From positions 122,762,001 to 122,826,000 of the forward strand of contig NW_024704742.1 of the NCBI RefSeq assembly GCF_018977255.1: DNA of 64,000 nucleotides, in the 5' to 3' direction. The position numbers and the translations under genes are program-made. This DNA is from Callorhinchus milii (lineage: Eukaryota). Below, piece by piece: positions 1 through 13,300 of this stretch. Position 1 is the first letter of the stretch. The number at the start of each line of letters is the position of its first letter. Under the pieces are notes generated by a model. That model searched no databases. It saw only the letters and a list, made by a program, of their open reading frames with translations, and was not told the DNA's origin.

Positions 1-320
1 GTCCTGTAGCTCATTGGTTAGAGCACTCGCCTTGCAAGTGAGACACCTGGGTTCAATTCCAGGCAGGATAAAACCTTGGGCAAGTTACCTTACTCCACAC
101 GCCTAATAATAACCCCTCCAAAATAAAACAATAATAAATTGGTCATTTTCAATCCACGACTGTTTGTGGGACACTGCTGTGTGCAATTGGCTGCCGCGTT
201 TCACCCACAAACATACAGTCAATTCACTTTACAGCATATTCTGTGAAGCCCTTTGAGACGTCTAGAAAACAAGAAAAGCGCTATATCAAATGCAAGGATT
301 ATTATTATTATTATTATTAT
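1..320 (+). mobile_element. Young tRNA-Ala-derived SINE, short form (starts at window edge)
   Basis: A-box TAGCTCAtTGG, anticodon arm around TGC, B-box GGTTCAATTCC, body shared with more than 10 other copies, tail AAATGCAAGGATT(ATT)n. Confidence 0.9.
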
Positions 321-1620
321 ATACAGCTCCCATTCCTGTCCTTGCTTGAGCCAAGTCTCCGTAATTGCCACTACATCATAGCCCCATGCGGCAACTTGAG
401 CCTGCAGCTCACCAAGCTTATTGGTCACACTCCATGCATTTACACACATGCACTCCAAGACCAGCTTAATCCGCTCTACATTTCTCCCCCATCTCTTTCC
501 ACTTTTTGCTGGACTATTCCTTGTTTCATTTCTATGTATCTCTTCTCATCCACTATGTAACTTGTTTCACCTCCCTGATGCTGCATTCTGATCCCCATCC
601 CTCCTCGAAATCAGTTTAAACATTTCCCCACAGCATTTGTTATCCTTGTTGTGATGACATTGGTCCCAGCCCTGCTCAGGTGTAACCCATCCTTCGTGTA
701 TAGGTACCATCTGCCCCAGAAGTGGTCCCAGTGGTTTAGAAAACTGAAGCCCTTCTTCCTGCACCATTTATCCAGCCAGGCATTCATGTGTTTGATCCTC
801 CCGGTTTGGTATTCACTTGCATAAGGCATTGGGAGTAATTCTAAGATCACCACCATTGAGGGCTCTTTAGCTTCTTTCCAAGCTTCTGATATTCTCCCTG
901 TAGGGTCTCAGCCCTTTTACCACCTATATCATGGATACCAACGTGGACTACAACTTCCGGATTTTCCCCTTCCTCCTGTAGTATATTTTGCACCCATTCC
1001 GTGACGTCATGCACCCTGGCCCCAGGGAGGCAGCATACCATGCATGAGTCCCGTCTTTTATGTCAGAAATGCCTGTCTATCCCTTTAACTGTTGTATCAC
1101 CAATAACAACAGTGTTGGCATTTTTCCCCTTGTCCATCTGAATATCTATTACCTTTTGATAATTACCTTCTCGCCAGAGGCGTCCTCACCAGTATCCAGT
1201 ACTGAGAACCGGTTTGTGAGTGCCTCACTTTTAGGAGATTTCCGTACTGCCTATTCTTTTTTTGCTCCAAGTCGGATGGTCACTCACTCACCTTCTTCTG
1301 AGCCCTCTGTTTAGCTGGGGTGACCACTTCCTGAACTCTCTGTAGCTGTGGGGTGACCACCTCCTGAAAAGTTCGATCCATAAATTCTTCAGCCTCTCAT
1401 ATCCTATGTAGTGACTGCAGCCTCTCCTTAAGCTCAGCGAGTCTGAGCTCAAGCAGCCGAAGGCACTTCCTACACACGTGTTTGTCCAGAACACATGAAC
1501 CGTCCTGAAGTTCCCACATGGCACACAGTGTGCATGGAACAGTTCTGCCCTGCCAGGTTTTCAGACATGTTTTGTAACATACCTCAACAGTTTTGGGGTA
1601 AATAGGAGTGCTAAGCTATA
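321..1620 (-). mobile_element. CR1 LINE 5' part: frameshifted ORF1 (Cys-rich N-terminus, coiled coil, SGNH esterase) and start of ORF2 APE endonuclease
   Basis: Peptides CCLPGARVHDV, VVVHVGIHDIG, DGLHLSRAG (esterase) and VNAWSVTNKLGELQ...DVVAITETWL (APE motif I); cut by the SINE at 320. Confidence 0.9.
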
Positions 1621-1670
1621 CCCCCCGACATGAAAGATACAATATCAAATGAAAGGATTATTATTGTTGT

Positions 1671-1876
1671 TAAATTGTGGAATGCTCTGCCCGGAGCAAC
1701 AGTTGAGTCAGGATCCAAATCTGCTTTCAAGGGGGAATTAAATAGTTATGTAAAGATTTTCAGGAGTATGGCGAAAAGGTAGGTAAATGGAACTGGATGG
1801 ATTGCTCTTCCAAAGAGCCAGCACAGACACAATGGGCCAAATGACTTTCTTCTATGCTGTGATTCTATAGTTCTAG
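1671..1876 (+). mobile_element. CR1 LINE 3' end fragment
   Basis: WNALP...FKGELNSY-type C-terminus, 3'UTR aatgggccaaatg, tail gattctatagttctag. Confidence 0.85.
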
Positions 1877-1952
1877 ACACTTAGTGGGAAATCGATACAC
1901 ACAATAAATAAAGTTGGACAACTTAGTATTACTCACACTGAACAAAAAGCAG

Positions 1953-2112
1953 AGGTCCAAATTTCTCCTGGACTTAACCTTAAGACCACTGTCTTATTTC
2001 TAAGAAATTTGAAAGAACTAATTAAAATTGACTTCCAAATTAAGTTTCTAAAATTTATACAATCATCTTTTAATACAATGGTCTTAAGGCTAAGACCATG
2101 AGTATTTTCAGC
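1953..2112. repeat. Old foldback/MITE-like element (related copies at ~10235-10445, 12630-12860, 40555-40640)
   Basis: Inverted repeat cttaaccttaagacca (1973-1988) / tggtcttaaggctaag (2079-2094), 15 of 16 matching. Confidence 0.55.
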
Positions 2113-3136
2113 CACCCCCACCCCCTCCCAGTTAAGTTATTTATGAGATTTCTGCTATTGTGTAGCTACAGTAACTGATTTTAGCTTTAATGGTCCCACA
2201 TTTAACACCAGACTGGTTGGATGTGTAATTATAAATCTGCATTCATCTGCCCATCACTAGCTAAAACACCATGTCAAATTACAAGAAAACAAAATCTTAA
2301 GGACCACTTATGGTTGTAACACTGTCCCCAAAATAGTTACAGAATGACTTCAGGTAGTGTAGAAAATTATAAGTCTCTAACAGTCTATTTCTGCTTGGAA
2401 TAGGTAATGCTTGAAATTCAACAACATATTTTCAGCAGTTTTGAAATAGCTGTCACACCCTGTCTTTCTTTGATGTTTCAGATTGCACAAAGAAATGGTC
2501 ATACAATAACCAAAAGAATCTTATTGTCAGAACCCAGGTGGTCCAACTGGTGCCCTGCAGGCCAATTTCATTCCCCCCTCCCTGCCCCCCCATTTCATCT
2601 GACCCACCGAAATACATTTCAAGGATTATCATTTCAAGTAAAGGTAAATAAAGGATGGAATATAATAATATTAAAGGTAAATAAAGGACTTTCTTATAAT
2701 AATAATCCTTGCAAATGACATAGTGCCTCATCATGTTGTCAAGGCATATGCTGTAAAGTGTAGTGACTATGTATTTTGTGGACGAACAGGGTAGTCAATT
2801 TGCACATAGCAACGTCCCACAAACATTCATTGTGCCTTGAACAGCCTTGAACTAATTTTCAATCTCAATAAAGTATCTAGTAGGTGAAGATCTACTTCGC
2901 AGAACTGCTGTTTATTTAAGTGTGTAAAGGAAAAATGTCCCACTGGTTCAGCAGATTGCTGCTGAGATATATTGTTTGAACAAATTAAAAGGAAATTAAA
3001 TGCATCTTGCCCATCAGATTACAGCAAGGGGGTTAGGACTGCACAGTATTAATCGACACAATATCAGCCGTACAATATTTGGGTCTGTATTGATATCTGC
3101 TGAAGGTTATTAAATAATAACAACTTGCATTTATAC

Positions 3137-4485
3137 AATCATAGAATTATACAGCACAAAAGGAGGCCCTTTGGCCCATTGTGTCTGTGCCGGATCTTTG
3201 AAAAAAGCTATCCAAAAAACTATCCAATAAGCTCTCCCGCTCTCTCCCATAGCCCTGCAAACTTATCCTCCCCAAATAATTATCTACTTCTCTCTTAAAA
3301 GTTATTATCGAATTGGCTTCCACCACTCTTTCAGGCAATGCATTCCAGATCCGAACAACTCACTGTGTGAAAAAATTTCTTCTCAGCTCCCCACTGTCTC
3401 TTTTAACAACTATTTTAAATCAGTGCCCTAGGGTTACCAACCCACCTGTCAGTGGAAATAAATTTCTCCTTGTTCAACCTAACGAATCTCCTCATAATTT
3501 TGAAAACTTCTATTAAGTCTCCTCTTAACCTTCTCTGCTCCAAGGAGAATACTCCTAGCTTATTTAGCCTCTCCTGAAAACTGAAGTCTCTCATTCCTGG
3601 TATCATCCTAGTAAATCTCCTTTGCACCCTCTCCAATGCCTTGACATCCTTCCTAAACACTCTACCTGAGGCCTAACCAGTGTTTTATAAATGTTTAGAA
3701 TAACTTCCTGACTTTTGTATTCTATGCCCCTATTTATAAAGCCTAGTATCCCATATGCTTTTTTAACAGCTTTATCTACCTGTCCTGCCACCTTCAAAGA
3801 TTTACTTATATGAACCCTCAGGTCTCTCTGTTCCTTCACCCCCTTTAAGATTGTACCATCATCTTATATCGCCTCTCGTTATTCTTCCTCCCAAAATGCA
3901 TCACTTTGCATTTCTCCACATTAAACTTCATCTGCCACGTGTCGGACCATTTTACCAGTCTGTCTATGTCCATTTGCAGTTTGCTACTATCCTCCTCACT
4001 GTTCACTACTTTCCCTAGCTTAGCATCATCTGCAAACTGGGAAACTGTACTCCCTATACCCAAGTCCAGGTCAGTTATATAGATTAAAAACAGCAGTGGT
4101 CCCAATACCGACCCCTGGGGGACACCACTGCACACTTCCCTCCCATCAGAAAAACAACCGTTCACCACCACTCTCTGCTTTCTGTCTCCTGCCAGTTCTG
4201 GATCCAGGCTGCCGCTATCTCTCTAGCACCATAGGCTTCTATTTTGTTTGCAAGTCTCATATGTGGCACTTTATCAAACACCTTTTGAAAATCCATATAA
4301 ACTACATCAACTGCACTACCCTCTCTGTTACTTCATTAAAAAAACTCTATCAGGTTTGTTAGGCATGATTTGCCTTTAACAAATCTGTATTGGCTGTCCT
4401 TTATTAACCCATATTTTTCTAAGTGAAAATTTATTTTGTCCCAGATTATAGTCTCTAGAAGTTTCCCCCATTACTGACATTAGGC
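3137..4485 (-). mobile_element. 5'-truncated CR1 LINE (RT domain to 3' end), frameshifted
   Basis: SGVPQGSVLGPLLFLIYI, FADDAKL, WQMKFNVEKCKVMHFGRKN, LEQRRLRGDLIEVFKI; tail ttctatgatt. Confidence 0.95.
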
Positions 4486-6363
4486 CTGTAGTTATAAGGC
4501 GCCCTTCACATGGGATAGTGTCTCAGAGGACTGAAATAAACTAAGCACATGTTAGAAATTGTCGATTTATTTTGGTCATAGCAAAGACATGACAGCACAC
4601 AATCATTCCTATTGCTATTATACTGGAACCACCAGGTGATGTCCTGAACATGTGACCATCACACCATAAACACAAGCTAGTTCTATCCTGTACTGCACAA
4701 ATACTCAGAGAATACGAACAAACACTACCCACTTCACTAATGGTTTGAAGTTTCTTAAAAATTATCTCCTGCATAACATTGCCATCTGTCTAATCCCCTG
4801 GTGTCTGACACATGCTCTGTGCAGAGTCTCAGTACGCACACTTTACCATGACTATAAATCTAGTGAAGCTTTCAGATGAATGTTTAGCCAAATATATGTT
4901 TATCCTGCAGAGTACATAATATCCACAAAGAGTTCCACTGGGAAAAAATTCTACCTATGATCCATAGCACCAATTTATTTTAATTGTTTCCTTGTGTGAT
5001 ACACCTGACTAACTTGGCATTTTCACATTGTTAGTTGAAAGAACAGTTGCTTCAAGTAAACTGTTTCAGCATGTGACCTCAATCTTTCAAAACACGTTTG
5101 ATTGGAATAAAATGTGTTTCATTCTAGTGAAAAACTAGCTGTGACTGTTTTAGCGATGGATAATTTCTATTATTAATTCCACACTTTAACCTCTTGTATA
5201 TATCTCTTTTTAGTGGTCAGCTGGGCGCCTGGCACACACAGAAACCCATCACCATGTTGAATAGTATCCAAACCAAACTGAGAGTTCCATGCATCCCACC
5301 TACACCTGGAAATTATCATTTTTTGGAAGGGAATGCACTCTCTCAGGTGCAAGTTGGCAAGAGCCAAGGCTTGGGTACGCCAGAGTGTGTATTGGAGTAC
5401 TACTGGAGTTTTAACAAGCTAAAATCTCAAGCCAATAGTTTGCCATTGAAAGCTGTTTGTCAAGCTGGAACCACCCGACCTGTTAGGGCTTTGGCTTGCA
5501 TAGTTAACAAGAGCTGAGTGGGTAGAATCCCTACCCCCATCAGTCTATCACTGAGCTAAGGTAGCTGGTCTATCACCAGCAGTGCCTTGGAGTACTGCAG
5601 AGCCATCTGGCTCAGGATCTCGATTACTGAGACTGCCACAGAGGGTGACTTGATGCTGACATTCCATTGCCAAGCATGTCATCTTGGAGCCAATTCAACT
5701 CCAAGGTGATCCTGCTTACCTACCCTTAAGGAGGATAGTCACGCTTCGATCTCTCTCTATATGTTTCTGTAAAGATGTACAAGCAGGGAATGGGCAAGGT
5801 TACTGATGCTTCTGTCCCGTTCGAATGAACTCGCTACTGTTGAGGTACAGGATAAGCCATTGTTATAATTATTAGCTTTATAATAAGCTTTGTACATTTA
5901 CTTCAAAGCTGTTTGAGGGACAATGTTGTACACAAATTGGATGCCGCATTCACGCAGAGAAAAGCAGCGTTTAATGACTTAAAAAAAACAAGGACCAAAC
6001 TGTTGGAAACATTGGACCAGTTATGAGGCTGGCAGATCTAGAAAAGAAACCTAGATTGGTAATTATTCTTCAAAATGTGACTGCTGAACACTTATTTTCC
6101 ACAGTACTTTAAAGAGAGTGAACGTTATTCCTTTCTAATACTCGCAAGTATCGATTTTGACATTGATATAAATGGCTACAACATCAGGGATAATGAAAGT
6201 AAAGTAAAAAAAACTAATTCTCAATCTTGTTCTAGTCTTATTGAAATTGATTGAGCAGGAAAAGTGGATTGATATAAATTATTCTTGGTACCAATTGAAA
6301 TTTTAATAGGCAACAGGAGTATCAGTGTCAAGCTATCCGAGATCATGTGATTTTAATTTTTTC

Positions 6364-6790
6364 TCATCTCCATGCTCTCTTGGTGATATCATCCGCAGAC
6401 ATGGGGTCAACTTCCACATGTATGTGAGTTACAACCAAATCTATTTTTACTCCTCTAATCACGACTTCAGTCCTACCAATCGTCCGACTGCCTGCTTGTC
6501 TGACATCAAAGCCTTGTCTGCAGCTGAACATGGACAGGACAGATGGCATTCTGCTTAACCCAGTCACATCTTCTCATCTATGGTTCTGAACTCCTTAATC
6601 TTCCCTCTTCCTCCTCCACTGCCTCTCCTCCCTCCTCCATCTTAGTGGAACTGCACTTACATGGTTCGAGTCCTACTTAACCAACCACCTCCATTTCATC
6701 TCGGCAAATGGTTTCTCTTCCTACCCCCAACTGGTCACCTGTGGGGTACCCCAGGGCTCCATCCTTGGTCCTCTTCTTATCCTTAAGTAT
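6364..6790 (+). mobile_element. L2 LINE RT fragments, out of native order
   Basis: LGDIIRRHGVNFHMY precedes a WFESYLTN...GVPQGSILGP segment that normally lies upstream of it. Confidence 0.8.
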
Positions 6791-7559
6791 CTCCAAAAGA
6801 CAGGCACAAGATCTCTGGGCGTACAATTATTGTATGTTTCCCAATTACCTCCGTAAATTGCATCAGCCATCTTAATTTGCATAAGTAATGTTCAAAATGT
6901 TATTTAAGTGCCTCAGCCTGTATCAGATTAATAGGATGAAAGTCTCATCTCTCTAAAGTCTGAGTTTCCAGCAAAATGAGCTGACAGCACATGAACTTCC
7001 CTAAATTTGGGAAATTCTGTTGCTCCAGTCAAAAAAGTTCAGGACAAAGCCAAGTGTATGCCAGTAAATAAGGAAGTAAATATTCTCCAGCCAGTTCCAT
7101 CAAGTTTCTAAAAATATTCCTCCAAACAGTCGTGACAGTGAAGAAATATTGTCAATTTCTCTGAGATCTAATTATAACCAGTAAACAATGTTAATGGGCC
7201 TTAGAAAATCGGTGGTCAAATTTCATCCATTATCATTTGGCACCAGCACCTTCAATCCTGAACTTAAATCGGCTACATTAAAACAGCCTGTAAACAGGAT
7301 GTTAGGGAGAAAGCAAATTATTGCGATCCATCAACAAAATTAAAGTTGCAGGGTGCATTTAGCAAGCAGTGAACAGTCTTCCTTGCCCTTGAGAATGACA
7401 TTGCATAACTGTAGCTTCTAGAGTTAGAGAGGTTAACAGAGGGCATCAACACTGCTAAACTTTGGGCTGTTCCTTTTTTTTTAAAACAAATTTTTCTCCA
7501 ATCTTTTCAAAGCTTCAGTCAGAAAATTCCAAACCCGGTTGCTCAAATGCAGAAAACCA

Positions 7560-7985
7560 GCCTCACCGTTTACCACTAGCTGTGGTTCGAGCATCTTCAC
7601 ACCTATCACCGCTCCCTGTCGCAAGCAAAAACTGCGCACTACTCAAACATCATACTGGAGGCCAACAATAATTCCAAAATCCTATTCTCCACCACCCACC
7701 ACCTCCTCCGTGCGACCCCTCAAGCACCCTCAATCATCACATCTAATGCCAAGTGCGAAGAAGTCATGGACTTCCTTACCTCTAAAATTGACAACATCCG
7801 CCTGGCAGCTTCATCTCTCTACCCCGTGTCCCCTACCACCACCCCCATTCTATCTCCCTCACCCACCCCACCCTCACCTCCTACTACGGTCCCCATCCTA
7901 CAATCATTTGCCCCCATCTTTCCTTCCTCCCTGTCATCCACCATCACCACAATGAAACTCACTGCAACCCCCTCCCCACCCAACT
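7560..7985 (+). mobile_element. L2 LINE ORF2 internal fragment
   Basis: MDFLTSKIDNIR...TITTMK; homologous to 18800-18960(-). Confidence 0.75.
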
Positions 7986-8049
7986 GCGGTTACTCAGCTC
8001 AGCAAATAAGGTGCAGCCACAAAATCTCAGGCAGTTGAATAATCCTAAA

Positions 8050-8370
8050 ATAATAATAATCCTTACATTTAATATAGCATCTTTCACAATAGAAGGACAT
8101 CTCAAAGTACTTCACAGAATTTACTGTAAAATTACTGAGTATTTTGCTGGCCAATGTGGCAGCCAATTAGTGCGGCAGTGTCCTACAAACAGCCATGAAG
8201 TGAATGATTAATTTTGACGTTGGGGTTTGTTGGGCAGAATGTCGGGAGAAACTCCCTTTTCTTTTCAAGTAATATAACAGATCTGAACAGGCAGATGGGG
8301 CCTTGTCTTAATATCTCCTCTGAAGTATGGTGCCTCTGACAATATACCCACCCCCCAACCTTGCAGTATT
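8050..8370 (-). mobile_element. Old Deu-domain SINE (SacSINE1-like), degraded
   Basis: Deu-domain remnant plus shared tail aaatgtaaggattattatta. Confidence 0.7.
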
Positions 8371-8879
8371 CCTGGAATCTAATCTGTTTACAATTTGCTT
8401 AGAATAAATTCATAAAGCACAGTTCTAATGGGTCAAACAGCAACTGACAATCTGTTTCGTTAAAACAATAATGAAATCATTACCGAAGAATACTTTCATG
8501 TAATGTGAGAAAGAAATTTTTTATGTGGTTTGAGGTCTGTATTACTCCTTTAAAAATTAAAGATAGGCAGAGATTATGTGGTTTTGAATACAATTTTGCT
8601 GACCCAAGGTAAATGCTCTCACTATGTTTTTCTCTGATGTCAATTAAACAGCCCCGGTTTACTTCTAATAAAATACAGAGTGACTCAATAGCTCAATGCT
8701 TTTGCACAAGTGGTTGTTGTGCATTGCCCTTTATCCTGTGATCAACAAATTATTTTTCCGGCTACAGAGACACAGCAGTTTGTTTTAAACACTATGGTGA
8801 AGATCTTCATGAATGACAGTGAATGTTAATTGTTTTAACAAAACAGATTGCCACTTATTGCACCACAAACGGACCTAGA

Positions 8880-9075
8880 TCCTGTTCCAGCGATCAACTG
8901 GATTATTTTTCCTTCTCTTTAACTCTGGGTCATTGAAGCCAATTGTTGTGGTTCCAACCACTGCATCAGCTGAGATCAGCTCACTCAATGCATCACACCA
9001 CGGAGTGACTTGCTGCTCCTGTGTAGCAAGTGTAGCATTGCGGTGTTTAACTTACTCACTAAACCATCTAAGCCA
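8880..9075 (-). mobile_element. Unnamed old SINE-like family, fragment
   Basis: gagtgagctgatctcagc...caattggcttcaatgacccagagttaaagagaaggaaaa aligns by eye with 11020-11105. Confidence 0.6.
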
Positions 9076-9599
9076 TCCAGGAAGCCCTAATCTGATTTAT
9101 GACAATACCAATAGATCGGGATGATAAAACTAATTATTATTAGTTCTGAGACCACCAACAACCTCCCATATACTGTACATGTTTTCCATCGGATTAATAG
9201 TGTTTGTTTATTGATCAGAAGATCAAATAATTCCTGCTTCAGTATGATTAAGGGATTATACCAGTTATAAATCAGTTTCCGGTCTACCTAAAAGCTGTTT
9301 GCTGAAGGAGTTCAGTAATTCTTTGTATTGTCAGTATGTAAATGTATAACCTACCTCTGTCAATGAGTACACACATATGGCTTGCAATGAACTTTCATAG
9401 CACTTTTTGTTTCTATTCTGTTTCCGAGCAAACACATCTGTGAGCTGTGGAAAAATCTCTCCTCAATAGAATTCAATAGGATCGTATCTGAAATCAAGAG
9501 AAACATGGATAGTGCCAGTGTGCTGAAGATTATCCTACAAACAGAAACTGATGAATTAAGTTTGATCCTTCTGTGCTGTAGAATTCTATGATTCTATGA

Positions 9600-9920
9600 A
9601 AGGTCTCTCCTGCATTAACTGGGAATTTGAGCTCATAAACTAAGGTGAAACTATAATGCAGTGCTCTTTGCTGTCATTTGGATAAAACCAATCTGCATAT
9701 TTTGATGGATGTTAAAGAACCTATGATGCATTTCTCCCAGTGTCCTAGCCAATAATCCTCAAGAATAAAATGGTCTTTCACATCATGGTTGTTTGTGAGA
9801 CACTTTGGTGTAAAATGACTGCCAAGTTCGCCTACAAAATACACTGATCAGAAAACTCTATGTATGCCTTGAGATATTTTGAAGTGATAAGACACTACAT
9901 CAAATACAAGGATTATTTGT
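9600..9920 (+). mobile_element. Old Deu-domain SINE, degraded
   Basis: ggatgttaaagaacctatg...cccagtgtcctagccaataatcc...aaatacaaggattatt. Confidence 0.65.
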
Positions 9921-10924
9921 TCCTTCCATCCTCTCCTCATTGCTCCTTTCATGGTGCCCAGACATAAATTTGTTGGGACATCCTCCTGACTTGAAAGGTG
10001 CTATAAAAGCATAGTTTATGTTGTATTATTGTAACTGATCCCAGTTGAGACAGCAACTTAATGCTCCAATTGGCCTGAGTGCCATTGAGTGAGGATGAGA
10101 AAATATGCCTCGGTATTCAGTAATGCTTCACAAAAATACAAGAGGAAATTTGGATAAATATCACAAATCCCCTGCAATCCCCCCACCACCACCATCTCAT
10201 GTTTATGGGCATCAGTAACCTATAATTCTCTTTTTAGGCTCAAGATTATTTTCTTAAACTTCAAAATCAGAGAATTATGGAAAATTCTTTAATTTAATTC
10301 TTTAATTTGGAAACTGATTTTCCAAATTTCTTTTTGAGCACCACAGAAAAATGTTTTCCAAATGAATTTAACAATTTACCCAAAATGTCTATGCTATCTT
10401 AAATTTTAAGACAATGACTTTAAGATTAAGGGTAGAACTTCTGGTGAGGACAGGATGGGCACAGTTGTATACTCCCCCACCCAGAACACACATGAATCGC
10501 ATAGTCTATTATCACATACTGTCTAGACTCATACATAAATTGAGGCAAAGAATTGGTGGGAAAAATATATTAAAATAAAACCCAATAGACCTGTTTTCAA
10601 AACTTTCAGGTATAACATGACATGCAGATCTCACATGCCTTCATCTTCTGTATTAAGGATATTTGGTCTGGTTCGGACACTTTTACAGTCAGGTCAAAAC
10701 TTTTACAGTTCCATCCTGTTGATGGATATTATGAGAGCCAATAAACACCCATTGTATAAACAGCATCCAATGCTTTGATGGGTGTGATGGCATTTTTATC
10801 TCAAAATTTAAATGATTTTCACTTGTCACCCAAATGAGTCAGGAAAAAAATTGTTTAGTTTATAGGGGCAGAAAGCTGGTTAAAGATAAACAGGTTGAGG
10901 GGCAAACCACAATAAAACAGGAAT

Positions 10925-11305
10925 GAAGTAGCTCACTGGTGGTTTTATGGGTCCAGACTCTAACAGAGCAACTAGGTCATACAGAACAGAAAGTAATAGG
11001 TTTGAAATCAAGGTTGTGTCGAGTTATCTGATCTCAGCCAGTGAACACTTGGATGTTACAACTGGCCTTAGCATCCCTGAGTTAGAAAGGGGGAAAATTC
11101 AGCCTAGGTTCCCATTTCCCATCACCATCCAGAGACCCTTGATGGAAAGTATGCATGTGTGGATGTTATGTGAGGACAGGATCATGCTCATCTGTGATTC
11201 CCCCCCCCCCCCCCCCCCCCCCCCCCCCGATGGTCTGATAAGCTGTCAGTCCTCACCATCAAGGTTCACACATAAATAACCATTAAATGAGGTATCAGAG
11301 GGCAT
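10925..11305 (+). mobile_element. Unnamed old SINE-like element, most complete copy, with a poly-C run at 11199-11228
   Basis: A-box-like gtagctcactgg at the start; body homologous to 32290-32695, 23978-24390, 8880-9075(-) and 57125-57500. Confidence 0.6.
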
Positions 11306-11451
11306 TTCTCATCACCATATTTTAGAATAATAGAACATTTCATGGATCATTTTAGAAATGAATCAGATTATTATTCATAAAAGCTATGTAGACAGTGGAA
11401 AGCAATAGAAAAAGACCCATGGATTTTAACAGTTGTCAGTGGAACACAAGC

Positions 11452-11720
11452 ACACAAGATCACAAGATTGGTTTGGTTGAAGAAGGTCCTTTGGCCCATT
11501 TGATCTTATCCTTCCAGAATATTTCCAACCCTACTGTCCTCTCATCATAGCTTCAATCTGTTTTTTTTAATTAGTCCAGTGTCCTAATCTACCCTTCCTG
11601 AAAACCTGTTTTATCAGTTATCATCCTCTGGGGAAATAAATATTTCCTGTTGTATGACCTGAAATTGCCCTCTGTAACTCTAAATGTGTGACCTCTTCTT
11701 CTGTCTTAGTGCATCCGAAA
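11452..11720 (-). mobile_element. Old CR1 3' end
   Basis: Tail (atcttgtg)2 and aaatgggccaaaggaccttct on minus; related ends at 30200-30275 and 37430-37490. Confidence 0.6.
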
Positions 11721-12436
11721 GCATTGTTGCTTTGAGGAGAGGCATTGCTTGAGTAGGTTTGCTTTGAAGATCTAGCAAGAGTCCACCAATATTACATTGT
11801 GAAACAATTTACTGCAATATATGGTACATAAAGCTCTAAGGAAGCATAGGCTTTTTGCTATTTTAGTGATAGTCATGATTTAACCACAGATCTGTTAAAA
11901 CACATCCTCTGATTTCATGACAGGGCTTTACCTGATGAGTAATCTATTTTATATGCTGTAGATTTGCCAATAAGTTTGATTTCAGACCATTGATCCAGAC
12001 CATTCAGTCCTCCCTGAGAAAAGAAAGAATTGTGTAACAAATCAAAAAATCAAGTTTCTACCTGAATTAAACTCCACCCTTATAAAAGACTGTACTGCTT
12101 CTGTTACAAGGCTGCTTAACTTCAGATCATATCTTTTTCTGGTTACATTCTGTGTTACGTTATAGGGCATTCACTGAAGCACACATCTCATGCCAAATAC
12201 GGCACTTAGTTCCTACTCATTGTATTACAAATAGGGTGGGGTATACACATCAAAACTGCTTTTATTATGATTATGATTCACTGATTACACATACATATGT
12301 ATTTCCTCGAGCCGTGGTTGTCAAACTCATCAAAAATGATGTAAATTGATTCACTTAGTTTCAAACTTGATTCCCCCCACATCTCTGTCAAATGTTCTCC
12401 CATCCTCTCTAGGATTACTGACTTGTGACCAAGATT

Positions 12437-12540
12437 ACATTAATTATATTAATTGACCATATAATAATTAATAACAATAATTAATCATCAATAATAATTA
12501 ATTATATTAATTAATAATATAATTATTATTATAATTACTC
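12437..12540. repeat. AT-rich low-complexity tract
   Basis: Degenerate (TAA)/(ATT) repeats, almost no G/C. Confidence 0.8.
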
Positions 12541-13300
12541 ACGATTTACAAGTCCACATGACCATAGAGAGCATTACAACAGAGTCTCACAACCTCAATC
12601 GTCCCCCTTACAACAGGTTAGTGGTCTGAGGCCCAAAATTTCACCTAGTCTCAGCCTTTAAGACCAAATTATCGTAAAATTTAAGTTCATGAAGAATTGT
12701 GGACCATTCTTAAATTCATTCAGATGTCATTTTTCTCGAGTTCTTAAAAATGAACCAGCTTCTAAACCGATACTTAATTTAAGAATTTTCCACATTTCTG
12801 CGTGGTATTAAATCTTGAAACAAAATGATCTCACAGGCTAAGGATAGAGTTAGTTTCAGTTTCCTGAAGCCGTGACTGTTTTATATTTTATCCCTAGACC
12901 AGTAGCACTTATGATAGTTATAGCATTCATCCCAACCCCTTGACTCAAATCGGATAATTCAACACAAACCAGGGATTAAATCTGGTGCCTTCAATGTATG
13001 TATGACTCCATTCCACTCTGATTATTGACTGACTGCAATAACTGAGTTATCAATTTCAATTTTTGTCTGCTACATTTTATACTAAATCCTGTGAAGTGAT
13101 TTCAGACATGCTCCAAATGTGAAATGCTAGGATGGTTATTAAAATTAGAAATACCAGGTTCATTATTATTAATAGTAAATGTTAATCAAAATAACCACAA
13201 TAACAATCCCACAGGTATAAATATTTTTTTAAAAATTTAAATGTTAAATAAACAGCAGCATAATAGAGGATTAACTTAATAATACAATCTGAATAAAATA

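Noticed and set aside
1..72. Functional tRNA-Ala genes at SINE heads
   Set aside because: Each head runs into the SINE body with no poly-T terminator and lacks G3:U70
611..1041. SGNH/GDSL esterase-like ORFs as a host lipase gene
   Set aside because: Directly upstream of CR1 ORF2 APE and frameshifted; the esterase is a known CR1 ORF1 domain
321..4485. One full-length CR1 made of the two minus-strand pieces
   Set aside because: The 3' part lies upstream of the 5' part on minus, so they are separate insertions
9355..9460. Sema-domain-like peptide SLQAICVYSLTE on minus
   Set aside because: In-frame stop within the same exon-like segment and only a short motif resemblance
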